A stretch of 64,000 nucleotides of DNA from a bacterium (GCA_963662285.2 CAXXMV010000002.1:448001-512000); one strand, 5' to 3'; numbered from the stretch's first letter, positions 30,202 to 41,050 are shown. Numbers and translations: made by a program. The notes: generated from the letters alone by a model not told the origin.

Positions 30202-30957
30202 ATGCAAGTTGATCAAAATTCTAAATATCTGATAGTCTCGTTTCATGATCTAGCGCGTCACTCACAACAGGTTTGCGATAACGTATTGAGTGATCTGCGC
30301 GGCATTGGCGTTGAGCGGGCGTCACTTTTAGCCACTCCACAATGGCATGGCGATGAATGTATTGATGTATCTTCTGGTTGTCTCGATTGGATGATAGACC
30401 GGGAAAATGAAGGCTATGAAATATCCCTGCATGGATACACCCATAGAACTGAAATAGTCCACGGGGGAATAATCGCGCAAGCCATGGGGCGCATTTACAC
30501 CGCCAACGAAGGTGAATTTTATCAAATTGAATATGAGGAGGCCGCAAAACGCATCAATGAGGGATTGCGCATTCTTAGATCAAAAGGTCTGAACATTGAA
30601 GGCTTCACACCTCCTGCATGGCTGCTGTCACAAGAAGGAAGACGGGCGTTGGTCGACGCCGGTCTGATTTACTCCACTGAATTACAGCATATAGATTTGC
30701 TCCATCTTAATAAACGGATTTTCGCTCCCACTCTGGTATTCAGCAGCCGCAGCGTCTGGCGGCGCTTGGCCTCAATCCGCTGGGCGCCTTTTTGGGCGTG
30801 GCTCAACCGGAACCGTCCAATCATGAGACTGGCGATTCATCCCATTGATTGGCAATATCCCATAATCCGGGGAACCATTATGCGCCTTGCGAAGAAACTA
30901 ATTGATACCCGAACGCCGATAACTTATCAGGAACTTGCCCGACGATATTCTTTATAG
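30202..30957 (+). CDS. Polysaccharide deacetylase / DUF2334-like protein
   Basis: VSFHD, LHGYTH, EGEF, GFTPPAWL, RLAIHP.D. Confidence 0.85.
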   Translation: MQVDQNSKYLIVSFHDLARHSQQVCDNVLSDLRGIGVERASLLATPQWHGDECIDVSSGCLDWMIDRENEGYEISLHGYTHRTEIVHGGIIAQAMGRIYTANEGEFYQIEYEEAAKRINEGLRILRSKGLNIEGFTPPAWLLSQEGRRALVDAGLIYSTELQHIDLLHLNKRIFAPTLVFSSRSVWRRLASIRWAPFWAWLNRNRPIMRLAIHPIDWQYPIIRGTIMRLAKKLIDTRTPITYQELARRYSL

Positions 30958-31002
30958 AGCCGATACCGTAAATTAAACGCCGATCATTTATCAAACAACC
31001 TA

Positions 31003-32112
31003 GTGATTACTATGAAACAACCTGCAAAATGGACGCCAAATACCCTATTGAAATTCGCCTTAAAAGGGGCTGCTCTGGGAGTGGTCGCTGCGATTGGCGT
31101 TATGATCTTCTATTCCGCGCCAGATACTTATGAACATCTTAATCGTTTAAGTTGGAACATGCGATTCATGCTTTTAGGGATGATAGTGTTTGCATGGTTA
31201 TGCAATGGCTGCCGGGTCTTTATCTTATCACGGTCGTTGGGATACCGGCTCAGATATTTACAAAGCCTGTCTGTTTCTCTCTCATCAGAATTTGGCATTG
31301 CGGCTACTCCGGCGGGAATGGGAGGAGCGGCGATTCGTCTTGGATTGCTGAAACGGGCAGGAATTCCTCTGGCATATGGAACTACCATGTTGGCTATGGA
31401 TGTTGCCTTAGACAGCCTATTCTTCTTGATGTTGACTCCATTTGCGGTCGTTTCTATATATCGAAACGATAAGATTCGATCCATAATCGCAGGCGTCCAG
31501 GCTTTCGATGTAATTATTGCATTATCTTTAGCGGCGGCGTCACTTGTCATTATAATATTCTTGTTTCGTACTCAATGGATGAAACAAAATTTACATCGCC
31601 TGATGCTGACTCCTGCTTTGCGGAGATACCGCTTGCATGGACGCCTCCGCTGGTATCGCTGGAAAGTTGCGGAAGGTATTCATAAAATGACCGGAGGATT
31701 TGTTCATCTACTGCATTTGAAATGGGGAGCGGTAGTATTGACCTTTATTTTCGCCTCAATGCAATGGACCTGCCGATATAGCATCTTGCCTCTGCTGCTT
31801 TATGGTCTCTCGGTTCCTTGCGATCCAGTGTTGTTATTTTTGCTGCAAGGCTTTCTGTTCACCGGTTCGTTATTGATCGTACTGCCTGGCGGGGGTGGAG
31901 GAGTGGAAATATCTGCTGCGATTATTCTTCGCCAGATTATTCCTCCATACCTGGTTGGCGTTATCATTCTGTTATGGAGATTTTTCACTTACCATTTATA
32001 TTTGATTGGCGGCGGCGCCATGTTCTTCTGGACATGTTCGCGGCTGCATTGGATGTTCCCCAAAAGTGATATGATTGAAGACGATATTTCTTTTGATGAA
32101 GAGGAAATTTGA
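31003..32112 (+). CDS. Lysylphosphatidylglycerol synthase TM / flippase-like membrane protein
   Basis: TPAGMGG, PGGGGG.E, LLWRFFTYHL; multiple TMs. Confidence 0.85.
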   Translation: MITMKQPAKWTPNTLLKFALKGAALGVVAAIGVMIFYSAPDTYEHLNRLSWNMRFMLLGMIVFAWLCNGCRVFILSRSLGYRLRYLQSLSVSLSSEFGIAATPAGMGGAAIRLGLLKRAGIPLAYGTTMLAMDVALDSLFFLMLTPFAVVSIYRNDKIRSIIAGVQAFDVIIALSLAAASLVIIIFLFRTQWMKQNLHRLMLTPALRRYRLHGRLRWYRWKVAEGIHKMTGGFVHLLHLKWGAVVLTFIFASMQWTCRYSILPLLLYGLSVPCDPVLLFLLQGFLFTGSLLIVLPGGGGGVEISAAIILRQIIPPYLVGVIILLWRFFTYHLYLIGGGAMFFWTCSRLHWMFPKSDMIEDDISFDEEEI

Positions 32113-32130
32113 TAAAGGAATGAAGCGGCT

Positions 32131-34023
32131 ATGACTCAATCAGAATCAAAAACAAAGCTTCGCTCAATGCGGGCGCTTTTTTTACGGCTATTGCCAATTA
32201 TATCTGTAGTATTGATCGATGTGTTTTTTCTGGCTTTGCTTGATAACCTTTTTTATAACAAAAAACGGGCATTGATCCTTGAACCTTCCGAGCAGCTCGA
32301 AGAGATGCTGGCTGCTATTGAACCTATCCGGACCGTGTTGAATAATCTACCGCAAACCGACCAGGAAAGAAGGAAAACAAATGCGTTGGAACAGATCGAA
32401 AAAAAAGCGCCGTCCATCCTGGAACAAGATAATCCCTGGTTTCGGGTTCGAATAACAGATGTGGATAATCAGATTGTTTACCTTTGTGAGAATAAAGAGA
32501 AAAGCAAGAATTTTAATGATAGTACAAACTGTTTGATATCGCGCTCCTTCTGCGCCATTTCCACCACGAAGATGAAAAATCCCGTCTTGAATATAACTTT
32601 TTTTTACGCCACTCCGCGAGGATGGCCTGACATAGAACGCATGGTGATCCGGTATTGGATTTACGCCATTATGTTTATCGTCGCCAGTTGGATCATATAC
32701 GTCATCTTATTGAATAAAGTTCTTCTGCCACTGGAGAGGGTCGGGGCCGCGATTGATCAGATGATCCAATCGGATGGCGTAGCCATGATTTCACACCCGA
32801 AACATGCAATTGAAAAACAATTTAACCGACTGGCTCAAAATCAACGAGAGACCTTATTTGGTTTGGAGATCGAACGAATTGTAGATTCGCTCCATACTTT
32901 TTCTGATGATTCGGTGGTAGTCGATAAATTTCTGTTAAGCGTCTCACAAGCGGTTAAGAAAATATATCCTATTACTAAAGTGTTTATTTATGGTTATCTT
33001 GATGACGAGAAGCGTTTTGTTCCATTAAATTCTGAATGCGCCTCTGGAGATATTCAACTTTGGCCTGAATCTGATAAGTCTATCCAAAAAGCGGCCAATG
33101 GTTTTTGCGCTATCTCTCTGCAAGTGGGCGATACTTTCGCTGGCGGTTTGCAATGCCCGGTTGATCAGATGAAAAGTGATGCTAACGGATTCGAGATAAT
33201 GGCGCGGGAAATAAAGAAACAAGCGGAGAACGGTTTAGCCCGCGCTTTCACCCGGAGCCGCACCCTAACTGAAGAACGCAATCGTTTTGGAATCAACATT
33301 GCCACCAATATGGGGCATGACCTGACTAACATCATTGCTTCCGGTAAATGGGACCTGGATACAATCCAGCGTTCGCAAAATCTTGGTATTGTAAAAATGG
33401 ATGAGAAGAAAGGCGCCTTTTTTTTGGAGGCGGTGGAAGGCTTAAAGAATAATCTGCATTTTCTTCAGGAGATGGTGGATATTTACCGTTCTTTCGGATA
33501 TACCCGCAAACCAAGATATGAATCTGTTAATATTAATGAATTAGTTAAGCAGGTTACCAGATTATTTAACCGCTCAACATCACAAAAATTGAGCATTAAT
33601 CTGTTGGATTCTGAACCTGTAACCATGCTGGCTGAACCACGCCTTTTACGCATGGCGCTCTTCAATCTATTCGCCAATGCCGCACAGGCCATCCGCCGCC
33701 ATGATCCCCATCAACTTGGCGACATTACTATATCCTTCAAGCAGCAATCTAATGAAACGGTTGTTTTCTCGGTATGCGACAATGGCCCCGGCATCCGTAG
33801 ACCTGATGGTGAACTGATGGATGATTCAGAGATTGTCGGCGTCTTCCAATCCGGCTACTCCACCAAAGGAGATGGCAGCGGTGGGGGATTGGGTCTAGCC
33901 TGGGTGAAATCGATTGTGGAAGATTTTCATAATGGTTCTATTAAAGTTTGCAACCGTACCGAAGGGGGAGCGCAGTTTACTTTTATAATGCCCCTCAATT
34001 CCGGACAAGATGTTGAGGATTAA
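32131..34023 (+). CDS. Membrane sensor histidine kinase (no adjacent response regulator)
   Basis: Two TMs; H-box GHDLTN; N-box NLFANAAQA; DNGPGI; F..GYSTKG; GGGLGL. Confidence 0.9.
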   Translation: MTQSESKTKLRSMRALFLRLLPIISVVLIDVFFLALLDNLFYNKKRALILEPSEQLEEMLAAIEPIRTVLNNLPQTDQERRKTNALEQIEKKAPSILEQDNPWFRVRITDVDNQIVYLCENKEKSKNFNDSTNCLISRSFCAISTTKMKNPVLNITFFYATPRGWPDIERMVIRYWIYAIMFIVASWIIYVILLNKVLLPLERVGAAIDQMIQSDGVAMISHPKHAIEKQFNRLAQNQRETLFGLEIERIVDSLHTFSDDSVVVDKFLLSVSQAVKKIYPITKVFIYGYLDDEKRFVPLNSECASGDIQLWPESDKSIQKAANGFCAISLQVGDTFAGGLQCPVDQMKSDANGFEIMAREIKKQAENGLARAFTRSRTLTEERNRFGINIATNMGHDLTNIIASGKWDLDTIQRSQNLGIVKMDEKKGAFFLEAVEGLKNNLHFLQEMVDIYRSFGYTRKPRYESVNINELVKQVTRLFNRSTSQKLSINLLDSEPVTMLAEPRLLRMALFNLFANAAQAIRRHDPHQLGDITISFKQQSNETVVFSVCDNGPGIRRPDGELMDDSEIVGVFQSGYSTKGDGSGGGLGLAWVKSIVEDFHNGSIKVCNRTEGGAQFTFIMPLNSGQDVED

Positions 34024-35146
34024 CTTCATTCTTCAGAAACCGCCAATATGACGCTATCACCAAGGCTGCCAGGATTAATCCCCCAATGATCGACTGCGGC
34101 GCGAAAGCGGTTAATAACCATATAGCCGCAATTATGATCCCTGCCGAGATTCTGTTTTTCTCAATAAATACAGTCAATCCAACTCCCGCCGCAATTATGA
34201 TTGCCGGGAATACATAAAAAGGCAACCGGAAATAATCGGTAGCTATTATCATGGGCAAGATAACGATAATGATATGCACAATGAATGCCAAGGAGATTCT
34301 GCGTGGTATTCGTATTAGGCCGATTGCTGCAAGTCCCCATAAACACGGCAAGGTTTCACGATATATCCTGATATCAAATAATGCTTTGAAACCCTGCTTT
34401 TGGAAAATCAAAGAATATTCCTGGCTATTGATATCCAACGATCTGCCTGCAATTTTCGCCCATACTTGATAATCACTTATTAACGGCCATATAAATCGAA
34501 TAATTAAGACAAATAAGATAGCGGGTAAAACGCATAGGCTGATTGTCCGCAATGAGTTAAAACACTTCTCCTTGTTAAACCATAAGATCATCAGAACGGG
34601 GATAATGCTAAGCGATTCGGGACGATTGAGCGCTCCTAATGCAAGAGAACACATGGTTACGCCAAAATTTCCCGTTATCATCCCTATGAATAACAAGATT
34701 AAGAGCCAATAACTCATAGGATCGATATACCAGAAATTGGCGATAATAAACCGGGATGATGATGCCAGGTAAAAAGCAGGCAGCAAGGCTAACGCCCAAT
34801 ATAATGGAACGTCAAATAAACGAAGAGCAAGAACGAGCAATGTTCCACATATAAAAAATGAGAAGAATGAGATGGTTCGAAAACTTACGCCGGTATCCAT
34901 TGGTAAATGTGAAGCCAATACTGGCGTCAGAATTCTAGCCCCATATGGGAAAGCGTTAAAACTATATGGCTCTGTAGCCATGGTTTTATAAATCATGACT
35001 GGATTATCATTTTCAGGCGTGATATAGGCAAAGACTGAAGATGATAATATAAAAGAAACCAACAATGCCATGCAGACATCCCAGCGGCTAATGCGTTCTA
35101 CGCTTGTTGAAGCAATAGAATAATTTATATCTTGCAGAAAATTCAT
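33995..35146 (-). CDS. Polytopic membrane protein, possibly GT-C-like
   Basis: About 10 TMs; PYGARILTP, DP, RPES motifs. Confidence 0.6.
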   Translation of the reverse strand: MNFLQDINYSIASTSVERISRWDVCMALLVSFILSSSVFAYITPENDNPVMIYKTMATEPYSFNAFPYGARILTPVLASHLPMDTGVSFRTISFFSFFICGTLLVLALRLFDVPLYWALALLPAFYLASSSRFIIANFWYIDPMSYWLLILLFIGMITGNFGVTMCSLALGALNRPESLSIIPVLMILWFNKEKCFNSLRTISLCVLPAILFVLIIRFIWPLISDYQVWAKIAGRSLDINSQEYSLIFQKQGFKALFDIRIYRETLPCLWGLAAIGLIRIPRRISLAFIVHIIIVILPMIIATDYFRLPFYVFPAIIIAAGVGLTVFIEKNRISAGIIIAAIWLLTAFAPQSIIGGLILAALVIASYWRFLKNEVNPQHLVRN

Positions 35147-35148
35147 GG

Positions 35149-35862
35149 TTATTTATTTTCAATAAAAATCAATTTTTCTAAAATTAATTCCATAGGACTG
35201 GGTGAGGTAAAGTAAAAATAAAAATATTTCGCCCTATCCCAGGGAACTTCAAATTTTCCTGGTTTATAATATTTACTTGGAATCGAAACCATGTAAGCCT
35301 CTGTATTGATTCTTGGAGTCATTTGTACGCTAAATGTTGATGTAATGTTTATTGTTTTATCGGGTGGAATGTCTGTGAAACCATAAGTTATGGTTGGGCT
35401 TCCTTTGTATTGTGAGCATGTGGTTAAACCTAAATTCTTTGCACCGGGGAGTATTTTGAAAAAATCTGTGGATATATAAAAACCTACAGATTCATCAGGA
35501 ATCATGTTGAACCTTATCCCTTCCTTATCCTTCTCAAATCTCACTTTCTGTTTGGAACTCGCTGGTCCTAAATGAAATACTTGTCCCATGGATTTTTGCG
35601 GAGGATGGGTAATTCTTTGTATCAAATCATCATTTAATATTCGTGGCCGAATTGTATATCCCCGGTAGAAAAAAATGAGCAGCGCTACAAAGAGAAGATT
35701 AGTTATTACCCGACCGGATTTATTGATAATCCCAAAAAATTCATCCTGTGATATAAACGGATGACGCCCCCAGAGGATTAATCTTTTCGATGAGGAATCC
35801 ATTGATGTAATAGCATTATTGTGATGATCACATGATGCGATTTTTTTCCGTCTTTTAGCCAT
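35149..35862 (-). CDS. Hypothetical protein with a single TM
   Basis: 237-aa ORF closely coupled to its neighbours; one hydrophobic segment. Confidence 0.55.
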   Translation of the reverse strand: MAKRRKKIASCDHHNNAITSMDSSSKRLILWGRHPFISQDEFFGIINKSGRVITNLLFVALLIFFYRGYTIRPRILNDDLIQRITHPPQKSMGQVFHLGPASSKQKVRFEKDKEGIRFNMIPDESVGFYISTDFFKILPGAKNLGLTTCSQYKGSPTITYGFTDIPPDKTINITSTFSVQMTPRINTEAYMVSIPSKYYKPGKFEVPWDRAKYFYFYFTSPSPMELILEKLIFIENK

Positions 35863-35922
35863 AAGAAAACTTTTAGAAGAGAATTATTCCCTGCTTAAGA
35901 ACAACCTGGTAAAATGAATAAT

Positions 35923-36984
35923 TTATTTCGCTAATTCATATTTTAACATATCTATTTCAGGTATGGGCATGGGATCTTGTTTATATAAATATGCCAGATA
36001 AGTCGTGGCGAAATCGCCTAAACTGATCAAAGAGACCATGCGCGCTAATAAACTATTGCCTTCTGATTGTATTTCGGTAACGCTTTGATTGTGTGAATCA
36101 AAGATCGTTTTCATGACCTTGAAACGCTTTTTGGTTTGTTTGTGGTATCCCTTATCCAGCAGAAATACAATGGACAGTTTACAGACGCCAGCTGCTGGAT
36201 GCGAATAACCCAGGATTTCGTTATGGTTCATTTCTGGAATAACAGAATTATGCGCGAATGATTTTGTATTTTCATTAAATTGCGCACGCCAACGGGCAGC
36301 GACTGGCTCGAAAGCGTCTTGTCCTGCATAAATTACCGGAATCGAGCCATGAAGATTAATGGCTAATTGTTTAGCGGGATTGGATGATGCCGGAATTTCA
36401 AAGCAATTGGCATTGATGGTTTGCTTCAGAACCTTGTACATATTCTTGATGGCGCCGCTCTGGTCGGGAAGCAATCCCCATCGTTCGAATAATACAAGCA
36501 GCGGCATTATAGAATAACCAAGCGCCGTTCGCGGAGCATAACCCGCCGGAATTTTTACAAATGGATAGCCGTCACGAGAGCATAACCGCCCCAGTGAACC
36601 GCCAGTTGTAATAGCCGCGATTTGAGCTTCTTTTATCCGCGCTTCGCGATAACAGGAGAGCGTCTCTTCGGTGTTGCCCGAGTATGAACCTGTGATAACC
36701 AGGGTTCTTTTTCCCACATATTGAGGCAACGTGTAATTGCGTACAATTTCAATAGGAACGGGAGAATCAGCCGAGGCGTAAGAACGTATCAGATCTCCTC
36801 CAATTGCCGAACCCCCCATCCCGCAGATAACAACATTATCGAATTTTTTCAGTTTGGGCATATCACAATTACGGGCTAATTCTTCCGCATGAGAACATTG
36901 TTGATAGAAAAGTTCCGCAGTATCAAGGATTCCACTGGGATCTAACTGCTGTCGAGTTGTAGAACTATCCAGAAAATCGTTCAT
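35923..36984 (-). CDS. Bifunctional phosphoglucose/phosphomannose isomerase
   Basis: GMGGSAIGGD, SYSGNTEETL, PR.A.GY, QFNENTK, PEMNHNEI. Confidence 0.93.
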   Translation of the reverse strand: MNDFLDSSTTRQQLDPSGILDTAELFYQQCSHAEELARNCDMPKLKKFDNVVICGMGGSAIGGDLIRSYASADSPVPIEIVRNYTLPQYVGKRTLVITGSYSGNTEETLSCYREARIKEAQIAAITTGGSLGRLCSRDGYPFVKIPAGYAPRTALGYSIMPLLVLFERWGLLPDQSGAIKNMYKVLKQTINANCFEIPASSNPAKQLAINLHGSIPVIYAGQDAFEPVAARWRAQFNENTKSFAHNSVIPEMNHNEILGYSHPAAGVCKLSIVFLLDKGYHKQTKKRFKVMKTIFDSHNQSVTEIQSEGNSLLARMVSLISLGDFATTYLAYLYKQDPMPIPEIDMLKYELAK

Positions 36985-37151
36985 TTTGGTTAAGTCCTCT
37001 ATAAGGATTAGGTATAAACGTCATCATCCAAATCACACGAAAAAAACTCATTATCGTCAATTACTCTAATCGTCTAACAAAGCATGAACAAGGTTGAATA
37101 CCTCAATATGCGTGGCAAAAATCGTTCTACTAGTCTTTTTATACTATATAT

Positions 37152-38327
37152 TTAATCGTGAAGAGTAATAAATTCTCTTAAATTCGATTCCAGTATCAGC
37201 TCCAGTTCTGAAAAATTCTCTTCTTTTGTCTCTGTAAAAAGAAAACCGAAAACAGGATACTCCTTAAAATCCATTTCCCGTAATTCCAGTGGTTTATTAA
37301 ATCCGGACAGCAATAGTTTATAGTCAAATGATTCAATTAGGCTTCCTTCAAACCCGGTGGAGTTATCCAATACAATAATGCTATAAAGCAAGCCAGACTT
37401 ATTTTTTAGAATTTCCGCCCAATCGGGACGTTTTTGATAAAAATAATATTCATAAGGATTAAATCCATACGAGAAGTACGTCATATCAGCCGTTGAACAC
37501 AAGCCGCCGAATCTCATCGGATTGATCTCTATGGGTAAAACAGAACCTTTGCTATCACGCCTGATTTCAACATGGACCGGGAAATTTTTCAGATCAGCCA
37601 ATTTTCCAATTCCTCGCAGATACTCAGAAAACTCTTCAAGGTTGTTTAATATAATTTCTCTTGATGAAATATAAACCCGGTCGCTTACATCATGGTCTGA
37701 AGAAAAAATATGCTTATAAATATTAAGTATTACGGGTTCTCCAGCGGCATCGTAGTAGGCGTCTATAGCGAATTCCTCTCCCTCAATATTCTGCTCGATT
37801 ATAAAGGAATTAGTATCCAGGACTTCAGTGGGATATAAATTTTTGGCGCCCCGCATCTCGGAACAGATCGATTTTTTTACTTGCTCCCATTCTTCCACTT
37901 TAGAAACTTTATATACTCCCATACTGAAGAATCCGGTTGCAGGTTTTATAATGAACGGCATAGGCAATTCTTCAACCGATAAATCATCCAGTTCATCCAG
38001 TTGCATTTCCTTGAAGAAAAAATCGGGATGCATTGGCTTTATTAAAGTCCTGAATTTCGCCTTATCCTTAAAGAGAGCAATTTTTCGGAGTAGATCAGTG
38101 AATTGTAGATTACGGGATATCCAACCAATAGAATTTTCGGAATTAGTATATATTTGCACCGAATCTGAATCTCTTATTTGTTGAATCGCGCTTTTTTCAT
38201 CAAGAAGATCCAGCCCATCATCCAGTTTCAGTTCATTATTAACATCTGTTTGAAAAACAGCAAATCCATTGTGTTTAATCGTCTTTTTAAGAAAATCTGA
38301 AACGAAAGGCTTATCTAACAAAATCAT
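37152..38327 (-). CDS. ATP-grasp domain protein
   Basis: DKAKFR, PFIIKP..GFFSMGV, IEQNIEGEEFAID, PIEINPMRFGG; RBS gaggtg. Confidence 0.85.
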   Translation of the reverse strand: MILLDKPFVSDFLKKTIKHNGFAVFQTDVNNELKLDDGLDLLDEKSAIQQIRDSDSVQIYTNSENSIGWISRNLQFTDLLRKIALFKDKAKFRTLIKPMHPDFFFKEMQLDELDDLSVEELPMPFIIKPATGFFSMGVYKVSKVEEWEQVKKSICSEMRGAKNLYPTEVLDTNSFIIEQNIEGEEFAIDAYYDAAGEPVILNIYKHIFSSDHDVSDRVYISSREIILNNLEEFSEYLRGIGKLADLKNFPVHVEIRRDSKGSVLPIEINPMRFGGLCSTADMTYFSYGFNPYEYYFYQKRPDWAEILKNKSGLLYSIIVLDNSTGFEGSLIESFDYKLLLSGFNKPLELREMDFKEYPVFGFLFTETKEENFSELELILESNLREFITLHD

Positions 38328-38406
38328 TTTGCGCAATCACCTCGTTGTATCACAGTTTACACGGATTAAAACGTCATTTTGAAAATTACTCTAGCCGGGT
38401 AAATAC

Positions 38407-38444
38407 AAAAACCCGGGATGTCTAATCGGCGGACATTCCCGGGT
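38407..38444 (-). terminator. Intrinsic terminator after the DUF5610-like gene
   Basis: acccgggaatgtc…gacatcccgggt followed by a T run on the minus strand. Confidence 0.75.
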
Positions 38445-38470
38445 ATATTTTTCGTTTATGCTTATTAATG

Positions 38471-39148
38471 CTATCCAACTATATCGAGTTCCCCTTTGCT
38501 TTGGGAAGAAATTTCCTCTGCTACATTCTTGGTTGCTTCTTCCTGTATTATCCCATCATTGAAATGAGATAAACGGAATTCTTCTAAACCAGTTAAAACC
38601 AGATTGTAGGTTTTCTTGATGTTCTCTCCGATATCGCCTAAGTCGTCAAATGATCCGAGAATTTTTTCGGCTTCGTCAAAGCCTGTTTTGATGGCTTCTC
38701 CAATCATGGTTGTAAACTGGTTGGCTTGATCACCTTCCGAATCATCAGGATGATTCAGTTGATAAGCGCTGAAGAAGTTTGTTGCAAAATCAACAATCCT
38801 GGATGCCGTGTTTTCCGGGCTAAAGAATTCTACAAGTTCTTGAGCGGATGCATCTTCAGGAGGAAGCATGGCTGAATTTGCAATTTCTTCCTCTTCACTG
38901 CTTAGTCCATAGTATTCCTGTAATTGCAGTTTGACCTGATCATAAACTGTAGCAACTGAATTTTGTAAAGCTTGCAGGTCTCCATTCAAATCAAATTGGA
39001 AAGATGCACTGTCTTTAATTGATGAACTTTTGAATTCTGGACTCAGTGACTCAACCAAAGAGGCGTTTTTGTCCTTGCTTACCTTGCTGTTTTGATTAAA
39101 CAAAGTAACTGGTCGCTGTAAAGGAATAGAATTTATTGGATCAATCAT
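38471..39148 (-). CDS. DUF5610-like protein
   Basis: FSPENTASRIVDFA…GFDEA..ILG…I.KTY.LV..GL..F; strong RBS ggaggtg before ATG 39148. Confidence 0.75.
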   Translation of the reverse strand: MIDPINSIPLQRPVTLFNQNSKVSKDKNASLVESLSPEFKSSSIKDSASFQFDLNGDLQALQNSVATVYDQVKLQLQEYYGLSSEEEEIANSAMLPPEDASAQELVEFFSPENTASRIVDFATNFFSAYQLNHPDDSEGDQANQFTTMIGEAIKTGFDEAEKILGSFDDLGDIGENIKKTYNLVLTGLEEFRLSHFNDGIIQEEATKNVAEEISSQSKGELDIVG

Positions 39149-39206
39149 GTCTTTCACCTCCCTCTCAGTATTTATGTTTTCTTCTTGAGAGAGAAACCCA
39201 CGACTA

Positions 39207-39233
39207 TTATCGGCAAATTCCATCTAATCTTTA
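39207..39233 (-). promoter_or_regulatory. Sigma28 (FliA) promoter
   Basis: Exact TAAA-N15-GCCGATAA on the minus strand, about 60 nt upstream of ATG 39148. Confidence 0.85.
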
Positions 39234-39343
39234 AAAGTAATTTTATTTAATAAATAAACCACTGATATATATACACTTAAAAAAATCGCAAACATGTTTA
39301 TGTTTGTATTATACACAATATTCAACTAGATTGAGGATAAATA

Positions 39344-41050
39344 TCAGGATTGCTTAATACGTAATAATTCGTTGATGATGTCGGTTCTGATGCCATCCAA
39401 ACGGTTTTGTTTATCAAGCCATCCGTTGCGAACCGACTCGAAAGGACGGCATAAAATCGAAGAAATAGTCGGCATGAAATCCTCAAACCATAAATCTCTG
39501 AATTCTTCTTCACCCTCTCTCAAAGCGCGGCGGGCGCCATTGGCGTACATAAAGACCAACCACAACAAGTAAAAGATCACTAGAAATACTACGCTCTGCA
39601 AAAGCGCTCCCGCTCCGAAGAGAGATATGATCAGCGAGAATGCCTCGCCGATACCACTCAGGGAAAATAATGAATTTTCTGATTTAGCAATATGCAAAAA
39701 AATTGGCTGGACTATCGGGAACCATATTAACGGCAAGAAAACCAATGATTTACGCCAGACGCCCGGTTTGGGGAATGAAGCAGAAATCCGCTTAACCACT
39801 TTTTCTTCATACATCCCAAGCATTCTTACAAACGAGTTGTTTACAGGTGATGAGTAATTGGGCGCTTCTTCAAGATAGGCTGATAATTCAGGATAATGCT
39901 CTTCCGTCTCAACCCTGATGTTTTGCAGCAGGGTGGAAGCGGATTGTCCGCCCTGGCGCAGCAGGTCGCGCGGTTTTTCTGAAAGGGCGTCATCACCCTT
40001 AATCGATAAGCGACCGCCTATGAAAGAGACCAATCCGGCCAATGGATGAAAGATGAGCCTTAGAATCGGCCAATTTTGCACACGCTCAAAGAATAAACCA
40101 TGACTGATGCGGTGCTGAATGGAACTAAGCGACAGGATGCGCCGCCAAACCGTTTCAAAATATTCCTCATCAAAATATTTACCCAGCGAATCGGCGATAT
40201 CATCCAATGCCAGGTCGAGTTGGTTGATTTTATCAGAAAGCGAATAGTAATTATTCAGCCTTACCAGATTCTTTTCAAACTCAGTGCGTAAATTATCAAC
40301 CTTGGCCTTGATAATCTCTTCCTGGGAATGGCGCCGGATCAGTTTGTCATAGAGCCGGTGATATTCATAACGATCCGTATGCAGGGTGGATATTAATAAC
40401 AAGCGGTCGCCTGTCGGCGCGGGGATATTGCGTCGGCTGCATTCATCCTGCAGATACTGGAGAACTTCCCTTCTGGCCGTCTCCAGGTCGACGCGCCCAT
40501 CCAGTTGATCAGTTTTGTTAAGGATAATCAGATAGTTATCATGACTTTGGGCTACCGCCTCCAGTTGATCGACGAATTCATGGTCGCCGTATTTGCGCGG
40601 CGTAATAACCCAGACCAGGCCTTGCAGACTACGGCTTAACCTTTTGACATCGTCACGGTGTTCTTCAAAGCGACTGTCATAATCGGGGAAATCGACCAAT
40701 ACGACATTACGCAGCACGTCATGTTGATGAGCGGCGTATTCAATCCGACCTGACATATCTTTGGTCAAGCGTTTTTGCAGTGAAACAAGATCGGATTTAT
40801 GGCAATAAGCTACCGCCCGGCTGGTGCCTTCATCCAGGATATCCGTATCGATAGATATGCGGGCGCCTGCTAACTGGTTGATCAGCGATGTCTTACCGAC
40901 ATCCTTACCTCCGATGATCCCATAGAGAAACAGTGAATCTTCATCGGCTTCTCCGGTGAGATATTGCAATGTAAGCGGCGCCTGATCCGTTAATCGGGCC
41001 AGTTCCAGGTTTAATTCATCTAATTCTGTACGTAAATCGTCAATTTTCAT
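39344..41050 (-). CDS. Dynamin-like/TRAFAC GTPase with C-terminal membrane segments
   Basis: G1 GGKDVGKT, G3-like DFPD, G4 NKTD; helical body; hydrophobic hairpin near the C-terminus. Confidence 0.75.
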   Translation of the reverse strand: MKIDDLRTELDELNLELARLTDQAPLTLQYLTGEADEDSLFLYGIIGGKDVGKTSLINQLAGARISIDTDILDEGTSRAVAYCHKSDLVSLQKRLTKDMSGRIEYAAHQHDVLRNVVLVDFPDYDSRFEEHRDDVKRLSRSLQGLVWVITPRKYGDHEFVDQLEAVAQSHDNYLIILNKTDQLDGRVDLETARREVLQYLQDECSRRNIPAPTGDRLLLISTLHTDRYEYHRLYDKLIRRHSQEEIIKAKVDNLRTEFEKNLVRLNNYYSLSDKINQLDLALDDIADSLGKYFDEEYFETVWRRILSLSSIQHRISHGLFFERVQNWPILRLIFHPLAGLVSFIGGRLSIKGDDALSEKPRDLLRQGGQSASTLLQNIRVETEEHYPELSAYLEEAPNYSSPVNNSFVRMLGMYEEKVVKRISASFPKPGVWRKSLVFLPLIWFPIVQPIFLHIAKSENSLFSLSGIGEAFSLIISLFGAGALLQSVVFLVIFYLLWLVFMYANGARRALREGEEEFRDLWFEDFMPTISSILCRPFESVRNGWLDKQNRLDGIRTDIINELLRIKQS

